A stretch of 64,000 nt of DNA from Octopus vulgaris (GCA_951406725.2 OX597818.1:11284001-11348000), one strand, 5' to 3'; counted from the stretch's first letter, positions 26,776 through 40,647 are shown. Notes: generated from the sequence alone by a model not told the origin. Translations and numbers: made by a program.

Positions 26776-28488
26776 GTTAATGTTATAAAAATATTACCCA
26801 TCGTAAACAATTTTTACATCAATCAGTATTTTAAGAGACAACAATTAAAGAATTCAAGCAAAAATAAAATTGCAAACATTACCTACAAAAGTAACTTATA
26901 TGTATAATATGTTACCTTTTGTTACCATAAAAAGGGAAAGGAAATATTATTTTTATGTGAGTATTTTGAAAGGATGATAGAAACAATAGATAAGATATAG
27001 AGAAGAGGGAATGGGTGAAGAAAGATAACTTAGCCTCTGTTGTGACTTAAGCAATGGTTGAAGATGTAAAGATCTAAACCATAAAGGTGTAGTTAAAGAT
27101 TTAAATAAGTTTCAATATTCAATCATTTACCATCAGTATATCTATGATATTGATTTTCATTACAAATAAGATATAATTAGAAATATGTTAGAAAGTTGTA
27201 TATATTTATTACCTGTCCATGAATTAATAATAGTCAAGATCTGTATTAATTAAAAGTACCTAGATAAAGATTTAATTCTAGTATCATAGTAAGTACTGCA
27301 CTATTTTTATTAGATCTAGTACTAGCAAAATTGACTGAAGCAGGGAGTAATAATATAGCTAAAAATGACTATCAGTTATTGATCTGTTATTCAGAGCATA
27401 AGTAGTGTTATTTAATACTTATTTATATCTAGCAAATACATATTAACAAGGAAATGTTAAGGATATTTTTGCAGTGCAAATAGATTTTTTTTTTAACCAA
27501 AAAAGAAAAGCAAATTATATTTTCCTTGGACAAATTGCAATGTTAAAAATATATCTCAAGAAGTTGACTGTTAGATGATGCTTTATAAAAAGTTTAGTAG
27601 TTCAAAAATGGTTCTTGATTGTCAATTCAATGTTTAACCAAAACAGATTAAATTTAGTCAGTTGTACAGATAAATACATCATACACATTCATAAAAGTAC
27701 ACATTTACATTAACTATTACTCTGATGAATTTAGCTACATCAGAAGAAGTTATGTTTTGTGTTACATTCAGTATAGTAGAGCAGGGTAGTTTTATAGCAT
27801 TGATGCTGAGAGGGAAAAGGCTTATTAAGAAAAATTTCTTGGCTATTGGGGTAGCTGTTTCTGAATTAGAAGAATTATACAAACAATTTCTGAATGTGTT
27901 TCTATTATTCTAAGGTGGAATACAAGACAGTTTATCCTTAAAACATATAAACCTTCATTATAATACAAAGAATGTTAATTCTCATTTGCAGAAATGTTAT
28001 GGATTCTAAAAGATATTTTCTTAACTAAGTTTTCAGCAACAGTTTTGTGTAGCTGGCAATTTGTTATTGCAGTTTAATGATTTGTAAGGGTTAAGACAGA
28101 GGCAATAGAGATTATTATTTGAATTATTTCAAGGAACTTCTCTATTATACATCAACTTCAACAATAATAGTTAAGCCTAGGCTTTTGAAGAAAGGGTGAA
28201 AGTCCTTTCTGACTTTATCTGTAGTTTATATATAGTAAATGCTTTGTGTTAGTGATCCATCATTCTGATATAGCCACTTCCTGAATCATAAGAAAATTTT
28301 CTTTCTTTCTTTTAATTATTAAGTAAAACCAAATGAGATCTGTAATTTCAGCTGAGTCACTGTCAGAATGGTCTCATATGAAAAGTAGTTCTAAACTATT
28401 AAAATCACACTATGTAATAGCCAACTTCCTGGGATACAATTTTAACATTGCAACTTTTATATCATAGGATATGATATAAAGTTGCAAA

Positions 28489-28558
28489 GTTATTCTATGT
28501 TATTCAGGGCATCCTAAAAAACATGTTTTTTAGGATGCCCTGAATAACATAGAATAAC
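28489..28558. repeat. Perfect 70-bp spacerless palindrome
   Basis: gttattctatgttattcagggcatcctaaaaaaca|tgttttttaggatgccctgaataacatagaataac. Preceded by a smaller hairpin at 28448-28487. Confidence 0.95.
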
Positions 28559-29925
28559 CCTATTTCTAAACTATATTTATTATTCACTATATAAATTGAT
28601 TTTTTTTAATGACCTATTGACTGACATGTGTACAGAAAATATCAGTTTAGTACTGGATGTCAATCTTTATTTAGGTATTTTTAATTGATGTAAAATTTGA
28701 GTATTAATTGTTCATGGTAATAAGTATGAGTTAGTTCCCAAACACACCCATATCTATTTATTCTTTGTTTTTAGTATAAATCTATAATATATATATATAT
28801 TGGTTGTAAATAATTATTTATTAAATATTAGATTTCATTATTTACCTCTAACAACTGTTTGGATATTCTAACCATCACTTAAGTCATATGACATGCTGGC
28901 TATCTTTCTCCACTCTCTCAATATTTTATCCTTTCTTTCTAGCATCAGTTCATAATAACTTCCTTTCATTGCAGTCTTACCAGATATTTATTTCGTCTTA
29001 TAAAAATCAATATTTGACTTCCCTTACATGATAAAGTAAGGAAACTTATTAGATGTATTCATTTAATATTCTTTCTGTAAGCAATGATTTTATTTATGTT
29101 TTTGTTATATATATATATATATATATATAATTCCATTAATATAAATACTCTAATATTTTTGTAATATTAATATAACCTCTGAAGAGAGTTAAAGAAAACT
29201 TAAAGCACTTGTCCTTGTCTAAGGTAAATTTTCGCATACACACACACATACATGTATGAATGTGTGTGTATATATATATATATATATACACATATAGGTG
29301 TGTGTGTGTCTATATGTGCATATGTACATTCATGTGGGCATGTGTAGGATTTATATACTCACAAACACACATTACAGTATGCACACAAAGAAGTAAGAAT
29401 CAAAATATAGATGTCTACATTTATTTTTAACACACTCCCATATGCGAGAACATGAAAGACATTTTCTACAGGATTTGTCTCAGAGATATCTGTCTGTCTT
29501 TGTAGATAGATACGCATGTGTGCATATATACATGTATGTACACAAAGTGGTGCACATATATGAATATGTGTACACATGTGCTTCTCTCTCGATGTATATT
29601 TTTATTTATATACACACACTTGTATATATCTATCTACCTATCTACATATATCTGAGACAAAGCCCACACTAATGCATTTCATATTCTAGTGTTCAGGGAC
29701 ATTTTAAAAATAAATGTACACTTCTTTAATCATTATTTTAGTCCTTATGGTATATCTTTTCCTTTTTTTTAATCCATAATCTCGTATTTGATTCAGTCAT
29801 TGAACAGCAGCTGATGCTGAAGTGACCATCTTAAAGGATTTTGCTCAAACAAATTTACTCTTGTACCTATCTTTAAACGTCTGGTACTTATTCTGTCAGT
29901 CTCTTTGCTGAACAGCTTAGTTATG

Positions 29926-30125
29926 CATTTCAATACTGTATAGCAATGTTGTTCATACACAAGCATCATACTATTTACCATTCACTCTGAGCAAGCAGCT
30001 TTTTGTTAAAGATGTAATAGCTCTCTGAACTTTCTCCAGCCAGTTCATATTCTTGCAACTATACCTTCAGGACATCCTCCACTTCTAATTATGTCACCTA
30101 AGTAACAGAAATTATCTACTTGTAG
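29926..30125 (-). mobile_element. RTE-clade LINE reverse-transcriptase fragment
   Basis: Minus translation VDNFCYLGDIIRSGGCPEGIVARI*TGWRKFRELL...RVNGK*YDACV*TTLLYS matches the RTE FxYLG...YGSETW region. Confidence 0.8.
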
Positions 30126-30339
30126 GGCTCTCTTGTGTATTCAAGATAATCTATTTTCTGTGTGTTCTTAGTGTTTATATTTATATATATATATACTCTT
30201 ATCCTCCTCATTATATTTATCTCTGTTTTCTATGCTGGTATGGTCAAGAGTTTGTCAAGATTCAGTCATTTAGAGGTGCATGTCTTGTAATATTTTGCAT
30301 GGCTTATGTGGCTAGATGCCCTTCCTAACACCAACCAAT

Positions 30340-30850
30340 ATTTGTCTATGTTATTGAATTTTTTTACCATTAATGAATTAATTATAATTGTTTTGCTATA
30401 TTTCTCTTTTCATTTTGAGTTGAAATCCTGCCAGTGCAGCTTGACTTTGTTCGTCATACTGCCAGAGTTGATAAAATAAGTAAGAATCAAATATGGTAGC
30501 AATCTATCCAGCTCAAAATGTTGGTCATGTGCCTATGTTAGAAAGCCTTCATTCTAGAATTACTAAAATAAGTACCTGTCAAACCCTTGAATTGATTTGT
30601 CTATGTTATTGAATTTTTTTACCATTAATGAATTAATTATAATTGTTTTGCTATATTTCTCTTTTCATTTTGAGTTGAAATCCTGCCAGTGCAGCTTGAC
30701 TTTGTTTGTCATACTGTCAGAGTTTATAAAATAAGTAAGAATCAAATATGGTAGCAATCTATCCAGCTCAAAATGTTGGTCATGTGCCTATGTTAGAAAG
30801 CCTTCATTCTAGAATTACTAAAATAAGTACCTGTCAAACCCTTGAATTGA
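30340..30850. repeat. Tandem duplication, 255 bp x2
   Basis: Copies start at 30340 and 30595; three substitutions seen. Confidence 0.9.
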
Positions 30851-30881
30851 TATAATTGTGCATAATCCACCAACAGAATGT

Positions 30882-31379
30882 TCAATCATAATACTTGCTC
30901 TTTAGAATACATTAAAATACATTTAGAATACATTTGATATAACCAAACAGAGCCAAGTTCAATTTTAATACTTACCTTTTAATGTATACACACCAAATAA
31001 ATATATACCTTCAAATATTCAACTTTAATACATATTTTATTTTTAACAGAACAGCAGAATTAATTGGCAAAAATGTCAGTTTCTGCAGGAGATATGAATG
31101 AAGCAGGTAAAGAAAGAGAGGGAAAAATAGAATGGTTACAATTAGACAAACAGGCAAACAAGTTCTTCAGTGTGATGTTTAAATTATGTAATATAAATTA
31201 GCATTAAAAAAAAAAGCAAAATATTATCAATCATAATACTTGCTCTTTAGAATATGTTAAAATACATTTAGAATACATTTGATATAACCAAACAGAGCCA
31301 AGTTCAATTTTAATACTTACCTTTTAATGTATACACACCAAATAAATATATACCTTCAAATATTCAACTTTAATACATA
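30882..31379. repeat. 153-bp direct repeats, period 345 bp
   Basis: 30882-31034 and 31227-31379 are near-identical. Confidence 0.9.
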
Positions 31380-31940
31380 CCTTTTATTTGATACATATCT
31401 ACTATCAATAGTTTGTCCTAGAGAAGAATCCTGTAATTATCAGTAACCAGACATATTGTCCAGAATGTTCAGAATTAGAACATTTGGATGTTGCCTAATT
31501 GAATACATGCTTAAGGTAACAGCAGTTAGTTGGACAGTTTTACACAAATTAGATGACAAGGAAAAAGACTATAGATGCATTATAACATGCATGGATGTAT
31601 GTATGTATGCATGTACACATGCATGCATTCATACCATAGGAACTTTCACTTAGTAAATTCTGTCTGGCCCATATTAGGCATGAAAAAGCAGATGATGATG
31701 ATGGAGATTATGTATGCATATGTGTATCTCTCTTGCTTTCTCTCTATATATATATATTTGTATGTGTTTGCATTTGTAATATGTGTTTGTGTATATAAAT
31801 ATATACATACATACACACACACATATCTATTGACATATATATATATGCACATCTATTTATATACATATGTATATATGTATGTGTTTGTATACATAAATAT
31901 TTGTGCATATATATATATGTAATGAATTTATATGTGTGTA

Positions 31941-32254
31941 GTGAAGGTACATAGCTCAGTGGTTAAAGTATGGGGCTCATAATCATGAGGTTGTGAGTTC
32001 GATTCCCAGACAGGGCTGTGTGCCGTGTTCTTGAGCAAGACACTTTTATTTCAAGTTGTTCTAGTTCACTCAGCTGTAGAAATGAATTGTGATGTCACTG
32101 GTGCCTACCTTGGATAACATCAGTGGCATGGAGAGGGGAATCTGGTATGCATGGGTGACTGCTGGTCTTCCATAAGCAACTTTGCCTGGACATGTGTCTT
32201 GGAAGGGAACTTTCCAGGTGCAATCCCATGGTCATTCATGACTGAAGGGGGTCC
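31941..32254 (+). mobile_element. tRNA-derived SINE family 4 (CORE-like segment)
   Basis: A box tagctcagtgg, B box gagttcgattccc, followed by gttcttgagcaagacactttt. Confidence 0.8.
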
Positions 32255-32533
32255 TAGATATGCAAAATGTGGAGTAGATGAAACAGGGACAACTGAAGAA
32301 GGGGAATATTCTTTATGTTGTATGTCTTGTTTCTCTGTTTTTTTCGTTGTTCGAAAAATGTTCGTTTCTGTTTTTGTTTTTATGTCTTCGTTTCTCATTG
32401 TGTTCAACGTTTTTCTGATGTCCTGTACCCATATATGCATGTGTATATATACATATATATGTAGGTATGTACATATATGTATGTATATATGCATATGTTT
32501 ATATATTATTTATATTATTATCTATGTATGTAT

Positions 32534-32566
<33 letters not shown>

Positions 32567-33238
32567 TGCACATATATAAAGGGTTTTATATTTGTATGTA
32601 TATAAAATGTTCTGATGTCCCCTCTCCCCCAAGAAAATCTCAATAAAAAAAATCAAAATAAGAAGTTTGAAGTCATGAATGTGGATTAAGTGTCAATTAC
32701 ATCAACTACTCTATTTCATTATTTTTATTTTTGCATTTTGCTTTGAAACTCAGGTCACATAAACTCTTGGCAAAAAATAAGTGTGAATGAAACATTAAAG
32801 AGGCCTCTATGTAGTCATTTGACCTGTTAGAAATAACAACCAAATTCCCCTCAAATTATAGCTTGCCATCTTAAACATTACAGAAGGATACATTACATAT
32901 TGATAGTCCTAGACATCTATAAAGAAAAAAAAAGATGGTATGGTCACAACTGGAAGAATGCCTTTGAATTTAATTCTGCTCTTTGGGGATTAATCTCTGT
33001 TTAAACTACAAACTATTCTTGTGAAGAATACTACAAAGTTTGAAAAGAAAAAAACAAGTGTGTTTGTCTGGTAGGAAGTTTGCTTCTGGACCACATTGTT
33101 CCTGGTTCTGTCCCACTTGATGGCACTTTAGGCAAGTGTCTTCTATTATAGCCTTGGACTAACCGGACTAACTGAAGTGTTGTGAATGGAATCAGTAGAC
33201 AGAAACTGAAAGAAGCCCATTGTATGTGTGTGTATATA

Positions 33239-33778
33239 TCTATTATAATAAAAGTGAAATTTTGTCTGCCTGGGACCCCTGTATTTCTGTCTACATTTGC
33301 TCTACATTGACATATCATGCCTTTTTGGAATCAGGATGACCCCAGGATTGAAAATCTGCCCTTCATTTGGTTCTTGAACACCCAACATTGGAATCTGATT
33401 TAAAAGCATTTGGGTTGTTATTTCTAGCAGGTAAAACTTGGCTGATTCATGCCATCTTGGTTGGCATTTGTCAGATGATGTCAGAGATCAAGAAGGAGAA
33501 AAAGAACATTTGCTTCGATAATTTTACATCGAGGTAGGAACTTTAGGACAAATTGGCAAACAGTTTGAATTCAACTTGGGACTGGAACAATAGAATGATT
33601 GCATTACAAAATTAATTCTAATTCCCTCTTAACCTCTGATTAAACACCACGATATAGTCATTATAGATATATTATAATCATGCTATTTAGCTTTCTCTTT
33701 AGTTTTGGATCACCGGCCCAATTAGCCCTCCATAAGCACAAGCTTAAAAGTCCACATGGAGTTTGGATTTTAAGCTTG
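33239..33778 (+). mobile_element. Helitron-like non-autonomous insertion inside a SINE
   Basis: Starts A|TCTATTATAATAAAAGTG, has a terminal hairpin acaagcttaaaagtcca..tggattttaagcttgt and ends CTTG|T. It splits a SINE into ~33065-33235 and ~33840-34050. Confidence 0.45.
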
Positions 33779-35370
33779 TATATATATACATATAATATAT
33801 ATAATGTATGTATGTATCTATCTGTGTATCTATTTGTGTGTGTGTGTGTGTGACTTTATGTTCATCCCCTACCACTGCTTGACAACTGATGTTGGTGTGA
33901 TCCCTGTAACTTAGTGGTTTGACAAAAGAAACAGATAGAATAAATACCAGGGTTGCAAAAATAAGTCCTAAGGTCGATTTGCTTGACTAAGCCCCCTCAA
34001 AGTGGTGCCCCAGTGTGGCCACAGTCAAATGACTGAAACAAGTGAAAGATAACAGATCATTACATAATCCCAGCCAGTAATTGCAAAAGAGTGAGCCTCT
34101 ATATCAGGCATGGGTCTTACCAGATGTCTGCATAAGTTAAACAAGCTATAGATTAGAGTTTTGCAATCCACAGGGGCCTCAAAATTATTTAAGTTCATAT
34201 GTTTTCAATTTTATGAGATTTTCTAATGTAATTTCTGAAGAGGCCTTCAAGCTGTATCTAGCTTAGGACCTTACCAAGTTTAAATCCAACATTGGGCATG
34301 GGTAGGATTTTTCTAGCAGCACTACTAACAAACATCATATGCTGTGTAAAAAATATATATTACACCAGCAAGTCATAAATATATTAGTCAAACTTTGAGA
34401 TTATGTTACAAAATTCTTGTAAAATGTTATGATTATATAATTATGACATTAAAGACATAAAATTCCATATGCTACCTGAATGCCACAGATTATTGCTAAT
34501 GCTTGCTTTTAGTTGTTACTAACATAGATTTGGCTACTTGAAATAGCAGCCAAGTCTATCTTAAACCACACATGAGGAATAATGTAGTCTGAAGTATACT
34601 GTTGTTGAAGAAAAGAGATCAAAGTTAAGGTCATGATTTGATTGCCTATGAGTGTAGGTCTGCTATTCATTTAGTCTCAACTTGAGAGTAAACACCAATA
34701 ATTGCAACTGTCCTCCACTTGGCCCACATAATAACATAGCCTTAAGTAAAGCATGATCTTCTCAGACTTTCATTACTCCTCTTTCCATCCTCAGTCAAAT
34801 GACTTGAGCTTATATAATTAAAAAGAAAAATCTTTATTTGGTAGTTGCTTGCTGTTATTGAGCTCCAGATCAGTGCTACTTAAGCAGAACAATGGTAAAA
34901 TATATTCCAACCATGACCACAATTAGTTTTCCTTTTTTTGACAATATGATAGAAAGGAAATTTGGTTACTATTTCTTACGAGTCAACTGATCATATAGAT
35001 GCATTCTTTGACGTCAACTTAGTGAGAGTGGTATTTGTGGTGGTCATAATAAAAGGCCTGAATGTCCCAATTAAATGTTCCTGATTAGCAAAGCCTGCAA
35101 ATTAAACACTGGGAAAAGCATAATTGTTGCAAAATTTCATTTTCGATTTCCTGTAATGTTATAAAAAAAATTTTGTTTTATCATTTTTTTTTCTTTTACT
35201 ATTATAAATGCTGTGAGATAATGGTTAACACCTGGTTAAGAAAAACCTACTTAAATCTTTGTTTATGATTGTAGCAACACCACTCTAGTTTTTGCTTATG
35301 TATGCCACTAATATTCTTTGAACAAAGACATGAATGAGCATCAAATAATCTTGTTTATTCTTCCTGATAG

Positions 35371-35391
35371 ATTTGACACCTTTGCATCTAA
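35371..35391 (+). CDS. Candidate 21-nt microexon (xFDTFASK), phase 2-2
   Basis: ttgtttattcttcctgatag|ATTTGACACCTTTGCATCTAA|gtaaag. The phase-2 end matches the phase-2 start of exon 36216. Confidence 0.25.
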
Positions 35392-35819
35392 GTAAAGTGT
35401 GTGTATGTGTGTGTATTATACATAAATTTTTCTTTCAATTATGAATTCCATCACCACTCCCACCTGTTTCACCTTATGAATACAATTCCTCCTTGTGTAT
35501 ATGATAAAGATTTTTAAAATCAATATGATGATGCATTTGAGCCTTTAATTTTATCTGTGTGTGTGTGTGTGTGTGTGTGTGTGCATGCGTGAGTTGTTGT
35601 TTGAACCACAGCTTTCCTAGTTGTGCACTGTATAATAACAACTGGCGCTGTCTAAGAGTAGTGTCAGATTTCTGTTGGAGGAGATGTCAAATAACAGCAG
35701 CAGACACTTTGCTTAGTATCCTTGCGAGATACACAACTGATATTGGAATCTAAGATTAAATCAATATCTCTTCTTCCTGCCGCTACCAATAAAGAGAAAC
35801 TGTGACAGCAATCATAAAA

Positions 35820-36180
35820 CAGCCACCAATAATAACTAACAGCACTATTGACAACAACACCAATAATAATACTAACAACTCTATTGACAATAACAAAACA
35901 GCAGCAATAACATAGACAACCATCACTATTAACAAAGCAATGACAGTACTATTGACAACAACAGTGACAGCAACAACAACAACAACAGCAACGACAATGA
36001 TAACATTTGCAAAGGTAACAGCAACAACAACAACACTACTGATGATATTGACAACAATAATAATCGCAATAACTGTGACAAAGGCAGTGACAACAAGAAC
36101 AACAACAGTAACAAAGAAAATAATACCAATGGTACTAACAGCACTATTGACAAGATGACAACAACAAAAACAGCATCCAC
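35820..36180. repeat. AAC/AAT/GAC low-complexity tract
   Basis: Cryptic trinucleotide simplicity; a similar tract lies at 24440-24720. Confidence 0.85.
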
Positions 36181-36215
36181 AGTAAATAAATTGTGACTTT
36201 TCTTGACTTTTACAG

Positions 36216-36280
36216 GAATGCTAATGTTCTATCAGCAGAACTTTCACAAAAGGAACCTCAGATGGTTGGCAACATGGCTG
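36216..36280 (+). CDS. robo: Probable upstream Robo exon (juxtamembrane cytoplasmic linker)
   Basis: Acceptor cttgacttttacag| and donor CTG|gtgaga. 65 nt, reads NANVLSAELSQKEPQMVGNMA and ends in phase 1, joining 46740 in frame (G|CT = Ala). No homology recognised directly. Confidence 0.65.
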
Positions 36281-36913
36281 GTGAGATTCTACATTTTTTT
36301 TCTCTCCTATTTTAATTTGTAGCATAATAAATAATAATTACTACTAATACTTGAACTTCATTAATTATAATTTTCTTCATCATGAAATAATTTTGTGCCA
36401 ATATTTAATATTCAAAGCAATAATAATAATGATAATCTTATAATGGCCTCAAGAGCCCAAGACACTGGCAGCAAAAATTTAAAATATGAGAAGCATAAGA
36501 TTAATGTTAACTAGCATGGCATTCATAGAAAAATGACAGGGTTTATTTCTGTCTTCTGTCTACTTAAAACTTTGCTCCACTTTTTGTTTTATTTTATCTT
36601 TCAGTTATTCTTATGCATTTTACCATTAAAAAAAGTTGCAAAACTACAAGATATGCAAACTATGTTTCTATATCTTACTGTAGTTTTACACCACTTCTCT
36701 CTAATTCACATCAAGTATTGACTTGTTCTGCTTGTAATAATCATTACTTTTCTTCTGCAGTACGAAAATAAATAGTTACTCAGTGACTGTGAACTTGGTG
36801 TTTTTGACCTGTTGTGTATTTCGAAAGCTGATTCCTCACATTTTTACTCATATTCTCACATTTCTCCTCTCTATTTCCTTATTCTCACATATTTAATTAT
36901 ATTTGTGTGTGTG

Positions 36914-36974
<61 letters not shown>

Positions 36975-37525
36975 GTACACACACATTCTTCCCTCCCACC
37001 TCTCAATGAAAATTTACTATTACTTCTTCTGTTCATTTTCCAATGTCTTCGTCCCACCCAACATTTTGTTTACTTGCACAAATCTCTCTCATGCTCCCCT
37101 CTGTCTCTCTATATATTTATCTATATTATTTTGTCCAGTATTTGCTCAGCTTCCACACCACTTCTATTTTATTGCTATGTTATCATGTTCCCTCTCTAAT
37201 TCTTCTCCACTTCTTTTGGTTCTTTCATCTTCCCTCATCTCTTACTTTAACATTTCCACAGGCTCTCTTTCTCTCCCTGTCTGTATTCCAACCACTTCCT
37301 TATATTTCACTGTTTTATTTGCTCATTTGATTACTTGTCACACTAGCATTTTAGACGTTGATTGCTAGCTATTTCTCTTCCTCCCTTCCACCACCCCCTC
37401 TCTCTCATACAAGGCTTTTTCCCATCTCATTCATCATTCTTCTCAATACTGCCATTGCTTTCTACCTCCATATTTTTAAAACATAACAGAAAGATAAACC
37501 AAAGGACAAAACAGTCACAAGGCCC

Positions 37526-37559
<34 letters not shown>

Positions 37560-38947
37560 TGGGGTGGGGTGTATTATCTTTACTGTCCAAGTTGAGGAGG
37601 TACGGATTTCTCTTCCTTGAAACAGAATTAGGTACATGATAGAGAAGAGGCATATAAAAGTGTGTAAGGTTAACAAGAATGTTCAGGGTTAATAAATGTG
37701 CTTAAGGTTAACAAAAATGTTCAAGGTTAATAAATGCCATTTGAGAATGCACTGGCAATGTTTATAGATCCTATTACTCCTACTTTCTGGACCATCTTCA
37801 TGTCTGTCCTTATAGGTAATTTGTCAAAATCTTTACAGTAATGGTTGTGTATCATTCCAGTTGTGTCAGTTACAAATGGAATGATAAGAGATATTCCTTA
37901 AATGCCATAATGTTTCCTTAGCTTTTCAGCTCTCACCTGCCTCACAATTTATTTGATTAGATTTATATTTGTTGTTATTGTCATTTTGTGATTGGAGAAT
38001 GTCAGGATTATTTTATGCTTATTTTGTGGTTTGTCTATTTGAATCTTCTTGAACAGTACTGACCTGAGGACAACTATACAACAAAATTAATACATGTATT
38101 TGCCAATGAAGAGAAAATACACCACAATGAAGGGTCTTCAACATTGTAGTGTGATCTACTAGAAATAGCAGCAAGATCTCATATTACATCTTGTTATGTT
38201 AAATACAGAAAAGATTCATTAAATAATGTCGCCTTACATAAAACTAAAAGGCATGATGGTTATGATTGGTATACCTTTGATAACACATCTGTTCAATCAG
38301 GTTTGACCTGGAGCTGAGCAACTGCAACAACAGATGTGAGGTCAGGATTACCTAATCTGGATTGATTGGTTAAAAGAGTTGGTGTTTAGATGGCAACTAA
38401 AGCACATGCTTTCCACTGCAGTCTATAGATCTTTGAACTTTCAAAGCACACACTTTCCACTCATGTCCATCTGATCTATTCATTTCTCCTTTAATAGCCA
38501 TTTATTGTGTCTCATCTCCCTTATCAAGCATCTAGAACACTTTCTTAATCTTTCTTCCCTACTCACACAATGGTTTTTTTCCTTGTGAACACCAACCTAC
38601 AAGCTGTTCAAACTGAACATAAACCACATTAAGCTCACTGGTCTAGGAGAGCCTGCAAAAGTCATGTGCCATACCCATCCTTCACTCTACCATTGTGGTA
38701 AAATTAATACTTTTCTGTAAAGTGGTTGACATTAGGAAGGGCATCCAGCAATAGAAACCATGCCAAAACAGACTGGAAGCCTGAACAACTCTTCAGCTGG
38801 TCAGCTCCTGTCAAACTGCCCAATGCATGCCAGCATGAAAAAACAGACATTAAATGATGATGACGATTACTACATCTAGACTTGAAAACTCTGTGAGTTA
38901 TTAGAAATGATAGGTTTCACAATTTTTTTATAGTCTCTCATGTTTAA

Positions 38948-39167
38948 TCCTTTAGCATTTAAACAGGCCATATCTGGCCCAAATATTCTACCTGTTGTTT
39001 GTTCATACTGGCCAGATCTGGCATCTCACACCTACCCTTCAATGTCATTCTAAAAACAAACAATCACATCATTGAAATTTCAATGCTACAAGATAATGCA
39101 TGATTAATTAAAAACAATGTAAATAAATAAGGATTATATTTGACAAAGCAATCTGAATGCAAAAGGG
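38948..39167. mobile_element. piggyBac-like MITE
   Basis: TTAA|tcctttagcatt ... aatgcaaaaggg|TTAA. Confidence 0.7.
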
Positions 39168-39272
39168 TTAAGCTGACTACCCTATGAAATAGTATTATTT
39201 TTCAGGATTAGAACATTTAGCTATGATAGGGTGTGTTACTCTCAACAAAATCTCATGAGATTCTCTTTACAG

Positions 39273-39555
39273 AAGAGGTTCTCAAACATTTTGGGCCACT
39301 ACTCCTATTTTTATGTATAAATAAAAATTTTATATTTTACTAATTTATATATACTACCAATCATTTGATATTTAGTATCTTATATAATTTGTATACAATA
39401 CTATAATAATATTATAAATTCATATGCATCCCCTAATCCACTGCCTTTCTCCCATTGCCTACTTTTTATCTACCACCCTCTTAGACACTAACACCCACCT
39501 GGAACCTCTCATCGCCCACGGGTGGGGGCCATAGCGTCCACTTTGAGAACCTATG
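39273..39555. mobile_element. Probable hAT MITE
   Basis: Termini aagaggttctcaaa / tttgagaacctatg. TSD not clear. Confidence 0.5.
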
Positions 39556-39562
39556 CTGCTAC

Positions 39563-39889
39563 TAGGAGCACTCCGTCGGTTACAACGGTGAGGGTCCCAG
39601 CTGATACGATCAACAGAACAGCTTGCTCATGAAATTAACATGCAAGTGACTGAACAATCCACAGACATGTGTACCCCTAACATAATTCTCAGGGAGATTC
39701 AGCATGACACAGAGTGTGAGAAGGCTGGCCCTTTGAAATACAGGTACTACTCATTTTTACCAGCTGAGTGGACTGGAGCAACATGAAATAAAGTGTCTTG
39801 CTCAAGGACACAGTGTGTCAACGGGAATTGAACTCACGACCTTACAGCCGTGAGCCGAATGCCCTAACCACTAAGCCACGCGCCTTCAC
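39563..39889 (-). mobile_element. tRNA-derived SINE sharing the family 4 head, different 3' body
   Basis: Minus strand gtgaaggcgcgtggcttagtggttagg..gagttcaattccc..gtccttgagcaagacactttatttc. Confidence 0.8.
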
Positions 39890-40601
39890 AGCCAAGTGCC
39901 TTCACTGCTACTGCTACATTATCAAAACCACATCCTGTAGAGGATTGACAAAAATCCACCTGTCACTGACACACCATTCACTAGTTAACAGACACACTGT
40001 TTCTCCTCTGTCTCTTCTACCACTATTGCATCAGTTTCTGCTCTGCAGACTACTACTTCCAACCAGTCCTAACTCTAATTACTATTCTATTACACCTCAT
40101 GAAAATAATTCTGGAATTCTTTCTTCTCTTCCCACGTTCTTATGCAGACATTAACCTACAGAAGTTCATGTTGAGCAAGATCTGTAATTTCTTAACCCCT
40201 CTTACAGGAATATCACGGAAGTCATTGATGTTGCATCGCCTTTGAGTAAATAATAAACCATGCTCAAATATTTCAGAAACATTAGTATAATATTTCCTTT
40301 GCATCAGACTCAACCTAAAATATCAAAAAGAAAAAAAAAAGAAAACTCAGGATTCTGAAGTGTGCTTCTGATTTTATTTCTTTTTACTGCATTTGGTCAT
40401 TGCTCTGCGAATATTTGGGAGTGGGGAGGCAGTCTCTTCAAGGGCTTTTGTAAATCTTATCAACCACAGTACTTATTTTAGTTTGATACTTATTATATCG
40501 ATCTTGAATTGTTATTGACATAACACCATTATTTTTTTTTACTGGTAAATGTGAATAAACATGAACACAGGCACCCACATATGTACATAATTATGTATCT
40601 G

Positions 40602-40647
<46 letters not shown>

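Noticed and set aside
31941-32015. tRNA-like sequence with A and B boxes
   Set aside because: It is the head of a SINE and continues into the SINE body; no intact cloverleaf.
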